Below are positions 28,276-42,900 of a stretch of DNA of 64,000 nt, piece by piece. The notes under the pieces were generated by a model that saw only the letters and a list, made by a program, of their open reading frames with translations, made no database searches and was not told the origin of the DNA. The stretch lies in NCBI RefSeq assembly GCF_009914755.1, contig NC_060939.1. The stretch is one strand, 5' to 3'. The stretch comes from the human T2T-CHM13v2.0 reference genome, Homo sapiens. Both the position numbers and the translations under genes were made by a program. Position 1 is the stretch's first letter; each line of letters opens with the position of its first letter.

Positions 28276-29458
28276 GTAAGTGCTTTGCTATTTATTTAAT
28301 TAATATTTTGCAGTCTTCTCAAACATACACTGCACTTACTCATGGGGTAAAAGAGGGCAAGAATGGAGAAATGAAAAGACAGACATACAAGAATAAGAAG
28401 TTTGTTCTGCAAGAATTTAACCTCTGGTTCAATTCTGAAAGAGAAAATTATGTATGCAACAGGTGCAAACACAGACCAAAATAGGATACAAGTATAGTTT
28501 TAGGGAATATATTTTTCAAAGATGAAACATTTTCTTGGGTAAACTCTTGGAGGTAAGTCTTCAAGGTAAATGTGGAGATGAGTGGAGAGTGACATTCTTA
28601 CTCAGGTGTATGCTGAATTTTATTTGAGTTAATGACTTTGTAATGCTGAGGAGATATGTATATGAGCAGATGGGTCTCAGGTGATCAAGAATGCATTATT
28701 CCACAATGACATCCCTTTGCTCCTAATGGGATAACAGTTTTACTGTTCCCATATGGAGGTTCTGATTTCCAACGTTCTCCATAGCACTGCTGAGTTTCTT
28801 GTATTTCATATATTTTGGGTAGGAGTAGATAGTGGTGGTTATGGTTCTATTTTATGTGGTGAGGAAACTAAAGGGACTTGACTCTTATTTAAGATCACTC
28901 AAGTTACCAGCATCGAGTGAAGAAAATGAATCTGGATATAACAATTCTCGGTAAATTAAATGAACACTTAGAAAAAATATCTTGAATAGATATGGAAGAA
29001 TATTCTAGGGAACTATGAACAACTCAGGAACCATCTAATACTAATTATGATTCAGGGCCATCACCAAAGTCAGGCTGGCTCTCTACCAAAGGTTATGTAT
29101 TCTGAATGAATATATCACAACCACCTTGAGGAATAAGAAAGTTTGAGAAGCCTCTTGCTAGCCTGAGGTGGTTGAGGGGGCTGGTCATCTTAAGACTGGT
29201 CATCTTGCCTTTCTGGGCCTCAGTTTCATCATCTATAAAATGTAGGGGTTGGGTTTGATGAGTTGTGGGATCGTTCCAGTTTTAATATTGTATAAGTCCA
29301 TATTCTGGGTGAATCGGCTGATTACCAAAATGGCAGGTCCTTACTAACTAAAATATGAACAGTGATAGCCCATATTCTTGCATTTTCACCTTCTGCTGAG
29401 CAGTATATGCACGTCAACCTCCCTATGTATTAATAAGTCATAATTCTGTTTGTTTTAG

Positions 29459-29530
29459 ACCCTGGCTGCCCGGAAATCTGGACTCTCCCTGGCTATGGTG
29501 ATTAGGACATCCCTAAATAATGAGGAACTG
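29459..29530 (+). CDS. UNC13C: UNC13C coding exon [24 protein letters not shown]
   Basis: tgttttag acceptor, CTG|gtaagt donor, 72 nt, phase 0/0. LNNEEL continues into KMHVFKK in the next exon, as in Munc13 proteins. Too short for the ORF track. Confidence 0.95.
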
Positions 29531-29892
29531 GTAAGTACTAGATATTGCTCATAATATCTAACTAGATATTGCTCATAATCACAAGGGAGAAACTGTTCTG
29601 CTTGAGCTACTCATCTGTGATGTTTAGTCCAATGTTCCAGAAATAACTGGGAGCATGAGGAAAGCCTGACTCCAAACAAACTTCCTCAGGGACTCAGCCA
29701 ATCATTGTCTTCTCCTCAAATACTTATAAACCTTCCTATCTTTACAAATGCTGTTCAATTCTAACATAGCTTCCCTGTTATTCTCCCTGTGGAAAAGTCC
29801 TACTGATTTTTTACATAGTTTAAGTTTTGCCTCTTTTACGAGGTTTTCCCCAAACATCTTCCATCTTCCTCCCCTTCCAGCTGAATGATTAA

Positions 29893-30214
<322 letters not shown>

Positions 30215-30684
30215 CTTTTATAGCATTTATTCATAACCTCCATAGGGTCATATGATTACGAGTGAAGTTGGCTTGGTATGAGTCCCATCTGTGCCACTTA
30301 ACTAGAATTATTATATCCCACAGGTTATGTTACTTCTTCAAGCCTGAGTTCTCTCATCTACAAAGAGAGGTGACAAGGAAACTGAGAGGATTAGGAAGTA
30401 GATACATGCTTAACATTCAGCATAGCTTAGGTTATAATAAGCAATACATACAAGCTTCTGTTTTATTATTTTTATTACAATTATTTTGATTATTTTGCAT
30501 ACACCTTTTCTTTTAAACTCTGATATCCTTGAGGGTGGCACTATAACTTGTTTGTTGTTCTTGTTGAATGATTCTACCACTATGGCTTAGCACACTGTCT
30601 GGCATGAGGTGGATGTTTGTAAATTCTGATTGAATGAAAGAACCACACTGATAAGAAGATACAAGTAGGCTGTAATTATTTAGG

Positions 30685-30815
30685 TCAGGGATTCTTAAAT
30701 CCGGCTCACTGGAACTCTTGAGGGAGCTTTAAAACATACAGTGATGGGGTCTCATTCTCAGCCACTCTGATTTAATTGGCTTCAGGTGTAGTTTGGGTGA
30801 AAGCGATTTTTAAAA
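30685..30815. mobile_element. MER5-like hAT-Charlie relic
   Basis: cagggattcttaaa…gggagctttaaaa…ctctgatttaattgg motifs. Confidence 0.5.
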
Positions 30816-31269
30816 AAAATTCTTGTGTTTGGTGCCTGGCATGTTCTGTTCCGGTAAATGTGTCTTGCACATTCTGCTGGGGATTTACTTGAGACAGTTT
30901 ATCTGTGTCCCTCCCTGTGCCTGGAGACTAATATATCCTACCTCCCCAATTTTAGCAACTTTGTCATTCTTGTAGAATAAAAATTCTGCCACAAATATTA
31001 TATTACCCATTTTAACTTTCTGTAACTTAACATTTAAACACCATTTTTATGTCTATATTTCTCATTCCCTTCCTTCTTCTTTCTGTCATTGTCATCTTTC
31101 ATCCAAATGTCAATCTTTCCTGGGTTTTTCCATCAGCAAGCTCCCCTACCCAGTACATATCAGTAAAACAAAACATATTCGTTTGACTATGTGGAGGCTA
31201 CAACAAGTTGATACATTTTCTATTGTGCCACAGGAGAAAAAATGTAATTGCATTCTCAGAGTATTATTC

Positions 31270-31592
31270 TTTCTTTCTCTCTTTCACTCTTTTTGTTTAT
31301 TTATTTTTTGCAGACAGAGTCTGGCTCTGTCATCCAAGCTGGAGTGCAGTGGTAGGGTCATAGCTCACTGCAGCCTCAACCTTCAGAGCTCACATGATCC
31401 TCTGGCCTCTGCCTTCTGGGTAGTTGAGGCTAAAGGCATATGCCACCACACTCAGCTAATATTTCCTTTTTTTTTTAGAGACAGGGTCTCACTCTGTTGC
31501 CCAGGCTGGTCTCAAACTCCTGGGCTCAAGCAGTTCTTCCACCTCAGCCTCCCAAAGTGCTGGGATTAAAGGTGTGAGCCACCATGGCCCCC
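31270..31592 (-). mobile_element. AluJ-like SINE, antisense
   Basis: tcatagctcactgcagcctcaacc…caaactcctgggctcaagc are AluJ-type diagnostics. Confidence 0.9.
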
Positions 31593-34500
31593 ACCTCCTT
31601 ATTCTTATCTGTTAGATTTATGATGCCATGTAATATTTTGAGTATAGTTTGGGCACAAGACAAAGCAGACATCCTCTGGTGTAGGAGAAAGCTGCATATT
31701 GCTTGCTGAATCTCAAAGCATCTAGTCTTCTTTTGAGTAAATAATAAAGTCTGAAGAATTTTATTGATAAACTCCTACACTGTACCTTTCTTATGTTTTA
31801 AAACATGGTATTTGATTTGAACTATGAATACCAATTCATTTGACAAGTTAACAGGAAAGCATAGAAATTAGTGGAATGCTAGTGTATTTTCTGAGTCCTG
31901 GACAGGGAACATATCCTCGCTTTAAGGTTAAATTAGCTATTGATCTGCTTTTCAACAACTTAAAAATATCACCTTTACTCCTTTAGTTTCAGAAGGCTTC
32001 AGTAAAAAAAAACTGTGTTGGTGTTGAATGGATGAACAGAATCCATCAGTTATGTCTCAGATTCGTAAAGCCCATTTCCCTGGGACTCATGCCTCAAAAA
32101 GTAAATGAACTATGACTTCTGTACAACAGGCATATTAAATGTCACTATTGACGAGCTGTCGCATTCAGTCATTACACAGGCAACTAACATAAATGCTGGA
32201 GCAAATAATTTGCACTTCTTGGTGCTGAAAATCTTTCTAGGCACACTTGATACAAAAGCATAAAATATTTGCTTTTATGTGAAGGGAAATGGCTTGGTGA
32301 TGTGGAAAATATCAAATGGTACCACTTCTATTTTAATTAAAGAAATGTACACTTTGAAGCTCAGTCATCTTTTCCAAGGACAGAACAGACACTAATGCCT
32401 GATGCAGGATGACAGTGGGTCACCTAGCACTGCCTCCTTCACTAACGCTCTGCTGGCCATGGGTGAAGCATCGCCAGTGCCCCCATCCATCACCAACTCC
32501 ACCTTACCCATGAGGCGCTATTAGGACTGATTGAGAATCTCAGCTTAATAAGCTGTTAAGGATTATGATTTCTGAAAATTTCCATCTAGCTTAGTAACAT
32601 AGGGAGGACCAACCAATCTAGCATCTAAATACCATAGCAGTAGTCTCCCTAGCACTCCGCTATCCATCTCTGTTTTAGTTTCACAGACTGATAATTTCTT
32701 AGGTGTGAATCTGACAGTGGGGCAATCAAAGTATATCCATTCGGTAATTCAATACATGCTTATTGACTATCTGCTATGTGTCAGGTGTTGTTTCAGACTG
32801 GAAATAAAGTAGCGAACAACTCAGCCAAAAATCTCTACTTTCATGAGGCTTACCATACAGTGGGAGGGGGATTGAGATACTTAATTTTGTATCCACTCTT
32901 GCTGCAAGTCACATGGAAGCTTCTAGTAGGCAAGATCGTTTAAACCAAGATAGTCTCAGATGAGGTTTATGGGAAACCAGGTAGAGGGAGAAATGAAAAT
33001 GACTAAGCATAAGAGGGATCCTAGAGCCCTGTTGGTTCTGTCTGGGTTGATGGGCATGTTAAGGCTGGCAGGCTTCTAGGAAGTGTTCATTCTCAGTAAG
33101 GGGAAGTTTGTCTAGGATTCAGACTTCGTGAAAGGGACTGAAAAGAACTAGATGTGGAGGTAATCAGGAGATCAAACCGGAGCCCTATTTCTAGTATGAC
33201 ACTAGAAAGATAACATGGAAGGAGAAAACTGCTCAGAACACCTCTCTGAGACTTCAACTTCAACCAGAGCTGTAGGCTTACAGCACACCCAGGTACTTCA
33301 GACCCCTGCTCAGGAACAGGAACACTTTCAGGCCACCTGGATAAGTTTTGAAGTGAAAGGGGCCTGAATTAGAATCTCAACTCCACCTCTCACTAGCTTT
33401 GACTACTTGTTTCTTCTCAATATTCTTCACCTTCCTGAGATAACTTTGCTTCATCAATAAAATGAAAGTAATAATAGTTACCTCACAGTTTGTGAGAATT
33501 AAAAGAAATAGCTTATGTAGAAAGCTCTTTGTTTAGTCAAACCCTTCCCATTCCCCCTTTTCTCTTTATACAGTGGCCGGCATGGCAGGTGGCCATCAGC
33601 GCAGTAGGGCAGGAACTTGTGATCGGGGCTGCAGAATACATGCTGAGTCTAATGCCTCCCTGCCCTCTTTGCACCTGAGGGTAATTTTCCTTTCCAGGAA
33701 GTACTGACATGGAAGCCAGCAATAATGACACCAAAGTAAAGATTATCTCTTGTCTGCAAGTATTGCTGTTGGTTCTGTTATTCTTCATAAGCACGGACTT
33801 TGACTTGAGATCCATGTTGGTCCAGTTCTACAATTTACCTTCTGTAGGGCCTAGGGCAAGTTATGGAAACTTTCATGTCCTTGATTTTCTTATATGTTTA
33901 CTAATTATATCATATTTTTGCATCTACTTTGCATCATAAGGTAAAAATGACTATGTTTTTCTGTGTTCTTGAACAATTTTGGCATCATTATTAAACTAGC
34001 TTAATAAGATAAGTGAGGAAGATTTCCTTTTTTTCCTTCTCTGGGATGGTTTCTATAAAATAAGTTCTGTATCTTGAAGGACTGGCAAAACTTGTCCTCC
34101 AAAACCACCTGAATATGGTACTTATTTTGAGAGTAATTTTTTGACTGTTGAATCAACTTATTTAATATAGTGATTATGTTCCCTAAGCATTCATTCTTGA
34201 GTTAGTCTAGACAATTTATATTTTTTCAGCAAGTTGTCTTGTTTTTCTAAATTTTTGAATTTAATACCATCAAATTGTTTATATAATTATATCATGGTTT
34301 ATACAAAAATGTGTGCCATTTTATCCTATTATTATTTATGTGTATTTTCTCTCTCTTTTGTAAAATTAAAACTGCAGGAAATTTCTCTGGCTTTGCTTTG
34401 TTGACTCCATATTATCTCCTTGTTTTCTATTTCATTTATTTATGCTCTTGTCATTTTTAGATTTTTTTATTCTTTGTTTTCACTCTGAAACTACTTTTCT

Positions 34501-34814
34501 AAGTTATAGAGTTGAACATATAGTTATTGATTTTAATGGTTCTTATTAACTATTGCATATACACAAAGTAATATTTACAACATAAGTGAATAATAGTAAT
34601 AATAATAATCTAACCATGTATCCATTTTTGATGCATAAGTACATACTAAAAGTTAGTTAATTTTGTGATTAACAATTTTTCACCACACAATTTTCCATGG
34701 TTCCCTGACTGACTTTGATTGGTTACATAAAAGGACAGTTACATGGGATCTATTTATAGGAATGGTCAGCCCCCTCCTCACCTTTGTTTTATAAAATCCG
34801 AAACATTCTTCTCT

Positions 34815-36890
34815 TTTTTTTCCGTCAACTTTTATTTTGAGTTCTGGGATACATGTGCAGGATGTGCTTGTTACACAGGTAAATGTGTGCCATGGTGGTT
34901 TGCTGCCCAGATCAACCCATCACCTTGGTATTAAGCCCAGCATCTATTAGCTATTCTTCCTGATGCTCTCCCTCCTCCCACCCCCACCCCGACAGGCCCC
35001 ATTGTGTGTTATTCCCCGCCGCATGTCCACGTGTTCTCATCCTTCAGCTCCCACTAATAAGTGAGAACATATGGGGCTTGGTTTTCTGTTCCTGTATTAG
35101 TTTGCTGAGGATGGTGGCTTCCAGCTCCATCCATGTCCCTACAAAGGACATGATCTAATTCCTTTTTTATGGCTGCATAGTATTTCATGGTGTATATGTA
35201 GCACATTTTCTTTATCCAGTCTATCATTGATGGACATTTGGGTTGATTCCATGTCTTTACTATTGTGAACAGTGCTGCAATGAACATCTGCATGCATGTA
35301 TCTTTACAACAGAATGATTTACATTCCTTTGGGTATATACCCAGTAATGGGATTGCTGGGTCAAGTGGTATTTCTGCCTCTAGATCTTTGAGGAATCTGT
35401 CTTCTACTATGATTGAGCTAATTTAATTCCCACCAACAGTGTAAAGCATTCCTTTTTTTCTGCAACCATGCCAGCATCTGTTGTTTTTTGACTTTTTGAT
35501 AATCACCATTCTGACTGGCATGAGAAAGCATCTAATTGTGGTTTTGATTTGCATTTCTCTAATGATCAGTGATGTTGAGCTTCTTTTCATGTTTTTTTGA
35601 CTGCATGAATGTCTTCTTTTGAGAAATTTATGTTCAAGTCCTTTGCCCACTTTTTAATGAGATTGTTTATTTTTTTTCTTGTAAATTTGTTTAAGTTCCT
35701 TATAGATCTTGGATATTAGACCTTTGTCAGACAGATAGATTGCAAAAATTTTCTTCCATTCTGTAGGTTGCCTGTTCACTCTTATTTTAGTTTCTTTTGC
35801 TGCATAGAAGCTATTTAGTTAAATTATATCCCATTTGTCAATTTCTGCTTTTGTTGCAATTGCTTTTGGCGTTTTTGTCATGAAATCTTTGCCCATCACT
35901 GTGTCCTGAATGGTACTGCCTAGATTTTCTTCTAGAGTGTTTATAGTTTTGGGGTTTTATATTCAAGTCTTTAATCCATCTTGAGTTAATTTTTGTATAT
36001 GATGTAAGCAAGTGGTCCACTTTCAGTTTTCTGCATATGGCTAGCCAGTTCTCTAGCACCATTTATTAAATAGGGAATCCTTTCCTCATTGCCTGTTTTT
36101 GTCAGGTTTTGTCAGATGGTTGAAGGTGCATGGTCTTGTTTCTTATTTCTCTATTCCATTTCATTAGTCTATGTGTCTGTTCTTATACCAGTACCGTGCT
36201 GTTTTGGCTACCGTAGCCTTGTACTATAGTTCGAAGGTGGGTAAGGTGATGCCTACAACTTTGTTATTTTTACTTAGGATTGTCTTGGTTATTCAGGCTC
36301 TTTTTGGTTCCATACAAATTTTTAAAAAGTTTCTTCTAATTCTGTGGAAAATATTCATGGTAGTTTAAAGGGAGTGGCATTGAATCTATAAATTACTTTG
36401 GGCAGTATGGCCATTTTCACAATATTGATTCTTCCTATCCATGAACATGGAATGTTTTTTGATTTGTTTGTTTCCTCTCTAATTTCCTTGAGCAGTAGTT
36501 TGTAGTTCTCCTTGAAGAGGTCTTTCACTTCTTTTGTTAGTTGTATCGCTAGGTATTTTATTCTTTTTGTAGCAATTGTGAATGGGAGTCTGTTCACAAT
36601 TTGGCTCTCTGCCTACCTGTTGTTTGCGTATAGAGATGCTACTCATTTTTTGCACATTGATTTTGTATCCTCAGACTTTGCTGAATTTGCTTAAAAGCTT
36701 ACTCTTTTGGACTGAGACATGGAATTTTCTAAATATAGGATTATGTCCTCTGCAAAAATAATTTGACTTCCTCTCTTCCTATTTGAATACACTTTATTTC
36801 TTTCTCTTGCCCAATTGCCCTAGCCGGAACTTTCAATACTATGTTGAATAGGAGTGGTAACAGAGGGCATCCTTGTCTTATGCTGGTTTT
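34815..36890 (-). mobile_element. 5'-truncated L1PA (mid-old, about L1PA10-13)
   Basis: L1PA 3' UTR (tattaagcccagcatctattagctattcttcctgatgc) followed by minus-strand ORF2 remnants at 35054-35293, 35423-35650, 35838-36062 and 36355-36597. Confidence 0.9.
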
Positions 36891-38540
36891 AGACTCATAA
36901 GAATGCAGTCTCCACCCCAAGCAGTAAATCTTAGACTTTCCACATTAAAATGGCTAAAGTTTCCCCCAGTGTAGAAATCCATAGTATTTTTAGTTTCATG
37001 TATTTATCAAATTAATTATCTCATACCACTCTCATCACTTGTATACATTTTTATTGAAAGTTTGAATTGGGAAAAAAGAACATTTATAGTGCATAAAATC
37101 TATCATATTTTGTTTTCAGATTATGTTCTGTGTCATAACAAAGGGCTTATGTTATATTGTGCTCTCCTTGAATTAAGGAATCATCTACGTTATTGTTCTG
37201 CCCTCTTTATTTGGACTCACCCCATAAGTTTCTTAGGACAATGTTAATTTATATCTGTTATAAAGCAATAGAAGTGAAAGAAAACTACTTACATTCTCAC
37301 ATAGATAGGATATAACTTTTAGTCTTTGTTTGTACTTTCTGCTACAAAAAAATCACCTGAATAATTTTAGCTCCTATAGTCAATCAGTTTTATAGGATGA
37401 TTACTTAGATGAGCAAATCAGCACTGAAATTATGTCTGTTTTTATAGTCAGGATTTTATCCTAGCATTGCTCTGTCTTCATGTTTATAACAAATTTCAAA
37501 AAGATCATATTATACCTAATGTTTGGTCTGCAAAAATTCTGATGTTTTTGTCCAGAAAAAATAACACTTATACTTCACCGAAGAGTAGATATATTTTTTT
37601 CTGGAAAGCGTACATCAAGTATATGAAAAATGGCTCAAAACAAGAAGCATTTTTTTTTCTTGAAAGTATCAAAATGTGATATTTGGGGGTATAGGAAAGG
37701 TGTGGCTTACATAATATCACAAGGAGGATTATTTCCTCCACAGGATGAGGAGGGAAATAGAACTTCATAGGTTAGTCACTGGTTAAAACAGAAAGGAAAA
37801 AGGAGAGAAACAATGTGGCAAATGGAGGCAGACAAGCTTTGTTCATGTTATAATTATTAACAGTTGGTAGATTAGAATATTGATGGTCTGAAAACACTAG
37901 TCATTGCTCTTGGCAGGTAGCCTGATTCCTTTAAATCTCAGGCTCTTTTTAGTTTCTTCAGGTAGTAATCAATAGAAAAGGCAATTCATTTCCTTCCAGT
38001 GTCCTAATTGTTCCAAAAGTGACATATTAGTGCAACTTACTTTAAATTCAATTTTTGGAGAAGAAAGTTCTAACAAAATATTTCTCTAGGGTGTGAGCAT
38101 CCTCCCCAGTGTAGTCTATATGTTGTGCTTGCCTACAAAGGCTTATCAGAATGTGAAAACATTCCTTACTCATTTCTACAGGTAAACAAGATGTCTATAA
38201 CAGCAAAAAAAATTGCCTTCTTTTTTGGAATGACTTAAGCAATGTGAAAATAATGTTTTTTTTTTTTTTCTAATTGCAAGAGTATTACGTCCTGTCTATA
38301 CATAAAAAAGAATATGGGAAGGATATGTATCAAATAATGCCTAACTTTAAAAAGCTAAATTGAATATTTTTATTATTTATATCAGTGCCTTTGTGTTTTA
38401 TAAATTATTTTTACAATGAGCATGCACTTTATTATAATCTTAAAATACATATTTTTTAGAAAATACATTTTTATTGTAGAAGATTTGCAAAGTTGTAGAA
38501 GATTTGTAAAGTTTAGAAACATTTAAAATAGACTAGCAGC

Positions 38541-38774
38541 TGATGAGAACACATGGACACCTAGAGGGGAACAACACACACTGTGGCCTATCGGAGGGTG
38601 GGGGTGGGAGGAGGGAAAGCAGCAGGGAGAATAGCTAATGGATGCTGGGCTTAATACCTGGGTGGTGGGATGATCTGTGCAACAAACCACCATGGCACAT
38701 GTTTACTTATGTAACCTGCGCATCCTGCACATGTACCCTTGTACTTAAAATAAAATTTGGAAATTTAAAAAGTT
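38541..38774 (+). mobile_element. L1PA (old) 3' UTR-only insertion
   Basis: tgatgagaacacatggacac…gctaatggatgctgggcttaatacc…acttaaaataaaa, flanked by aaatagactagcagc / aaatagataagcagc as a degenerate TSD. Confidence 0.85.
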
Positions 38775-40388
38775 AAATAGATAAGCAGCAAGTCACTCAT
38801 TTTGCCAAATCCTGCTGTCCTTGGGTCCTAATTCTATTAATTAGGTTTTGCTTGTTCTAGGAATCTCCATGTGTCTGATTCCAAGTTGTTTACCTAGGCC
38901 AGAGACCCTCTCTTGATAACATACTCAGTTCCATCCTTCTCCTTCAGCTCTTATTTACAGCTGATTATTAATCTGCCTGCCCTTAGTGTTACTTTTCTGT
39001 TTAATGGCTTTTCATCCCTTCAATCTGATTCCTAATGGTAAACTATAGACTTTCATTTGCTTCCATCAATAGCAAATTTTGGGGTTTCCCCTTATTTTCC
39101 CCTGCCATGCTTTTATTTAATGCTTCTCGCTCTTTTCACCTTATTCCACACAAAAACCCACACTTTTTCCCTCTTATAGTCTTATTTCATCTTGCCTGAT
39201 TTTGCTGCTGAGAAAACATCTTGCTCCAAGATGCATTATCCCCCTGAAATACAAGAATCCTCTATTATGAGATTATTTTTATATGCTTTTCCTACCTATT
39301 AATTTCATGTTCCTAAACTATCAACTCAACATATACTTTGCTGAAAAAAGAGTGTTTTCGTATGGCATTTATTTCAGAGTAATTTTCAGCTTTGATAAAT
39401 ACATGCCCATACCCCCGAAAGTCAAGAATGAAAAGGACTCATCATTTCCCTAAAATGATGAGATCTTATTAAAGGGGATATATACCCTCTAGTAGGTTGT
39501 CTAATGTTTTAATGTTTTTCTCTAACTTTAATAGCTCTTAAATATTGGGATTTGTTTCAGTGCCCCATTCAATTGCTTTTCAATGGGCTGTCTAGTAAAT
39601 GTTTCATGTTTTTTTTTTTTATTTTTGGAAATTAGCTTTACTCTCCCTTTACATGAAATGAATTATGGCTCCTTAGCCAAACCAAACAAAACATTTTAAT
39701 GAAATCTGCTCAGCTGTTTATTCAGAGCTTTTACTTGTTTTCCTGCAGTATGCTTAATTTTTTAGCAGAGTTACTTATTTTTATTACTCCTACTATAATC
39801 TATGGACTTAGAGTACTGACTATCACTTGACTTCAGTAAAAGGAAAGTGGACATAGGGAATTAGATCATATATATTAATCATTTACTTAATCTTGAAATA
39901 TGTGAATAAGTTCATGTTCAAAAACAACCTTATTCCCAACTCTACTTTCTAAATTTATGTAAGGTACATTACTTACTTTTCTTCCTTTCATTAGCAGATT
40001 CTGTTTTATTCCCACTCAGTATTCCATGTAATTAGAATATTTTATTATTCTATTTTTATTATTTTATTGCCATTAAAACAAACGAGTTGCCTGATGCAAT
40101 TGCAAGTATATAAATTAGTTCCCTTCCTAATTTTTCTTCTAGACCACAAATGCTACATTACGCACACAAACACACACACAGCCCCTCAGCCCAGTTAGAA
40201 CGGGAGACTCTGTCTGTGGGTAGCTAATGAAAAATCTGTTATGCCAAGGATTATTTCATTTATTTTAATGATAGTGAAGATACTCACTATGCTAGATATT
40301 AAAGAGGAGGCAAAGGTGAATAATACATGCTTCTAATTCTCAAAGAACTCTTAACAGTTCTTTATAAGACATCTTTATTATGAAATGA

Positions 40389-40462
40389 AGCCAGGAGATT
40401 TACTTGCTTCAGACACTCTTTATTGAGCCAGGAGATTTACTTGCTTCAGACACTCTTTATTG
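40389..40462. repeat. Perfect 37-bp tandem duplication
   Basis: agccaggagatttacttgcttcagacactctttattg at 40389-40425 and 40426-40462. Confidence 0.97.
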
Positions 40463-42049
40463 AAAAGTGATGGATCCAGTTTTTCTATCTGAATAAACCC
40501 TAATATTAGGATCTTCCACTTGAGTGATGCCCGAATTTGACCATACTGCTGCTCTGTAGACTCACTTGAAGTATAAAGAGCTCTGGATTGTCCAGCCCCT
40601 TATCTAATAGCAAGGATGGATCTAGCCATTCAAAATTAGAAACATTTTTACTGAGGCTCCGTTCCCTGGTAGGGGACCTCCTAGTACCATTACCAAACAT
40701 ATTCTGGGAAAACACAGAGTGAGAGGAATGTAGTAATAAAGGGAAATATGCTGTTACCATACTGTGGAATTGAAAGTTAGTCATTTCAACACTGTGGGAA
40801 AATATTCTGAAATGAGATTTAAGGATAATTAATTCAAAATATAAATGCTTCCCTTCTAGTATGACTTACCAGCTAGACTCTTCCTACAGGGTTTATGTAA
40901 ATATCCATTCATTATGCATCAGGCAGTTGTGTGAAATTATCTGTAAATGTAACCTCTAAGAGTGCTGGTCTTTCTCTCAGGAAGTCACCTGCTTTGTGGG
41001 ATATGAGAAGCATAGAAAAGGACTCATTTAACCAATTCTCTTTTCTATTGGCCTGTGTTTATTGTTGTTGGTGGTTTGTTTTTTTTTTTACATCCAGCAT
41101 CAATACTAATACTAAGTGCTTATTTGGTGTTTTGAAGCCTGTAGACTACTTCTGTTATCATTATATAATTTGATCTTCAAAGTAATACCATTTTAAGCAG
41201 AGCAGAGGAGGAGGGTGAGTCTTAGAGCCCTTACATTTCTCCGTAGATTACAAGATTCATAAGTGGCAGAACGTTTATTCATTAAAAGAAATGTACCTCT
41301 ACTATGTTCCAGGGACAGTGATAAGCTGTTCAGGCACTAAGAAGAAAAACATGGAAGACAGTTCCTGCTTATAGAGGCCCCTTTTAAATATCATGTAGTT
41401 GGGCCTAGGAGAACTCAGATCTCCTACCTACTTGTTCAATAGATTTTTTTTCACCTCACTAATGACTTGTCATTAAAGAGTCCTTCCATATGCTATTAGA
41501 AATTATTTCCTTTTAAAATATAAATCACCATGGGAGAGTGCCTCATTTGACCTTATCTACTACTGATGCTTTCTTATGAATTAGGTGATAAGATCCTTCC
41601 CCGGTGATAGGTACTGAAAGCAAATTTCCTGCAGATTGAATTACAGAAGTATTCCTTGGGGCTGAGGAGGGGTGAAGTGTCAGGGAGGACAAGGGGGTCA
41701 GGAAATAACGGCCTGGGTAGAAAGTAAAAGAGGCGTTGGGTTTACAGCATAGCAGGGACTTAGACATTCTCAACTAATTAGACCTGTGTGCTGCTGGGAA
41801 AGAAGCTGCAGACAGTGAAGCCCAGTCCAGTCTGGAAGATTAGGGAGTTCTTTGTGTACAGATAACTGAATAGGGCCCTAAAACATTGAGAGAAGAATAG
41901 GTTAGCAGAGTTATTATGCTTACTGTCATCATGACTTGAATCAGTGATCCAGGGGCTCTCTCAAAATACCATTTTCAGAGAAAAGTGATAAAATGGTTTG
42001 TTTTATTTTGAAACAATTCAAATCCACTGACTTGGCGGTGCATTGGTAA

Positions 42050-42900
<851 letters not shown>

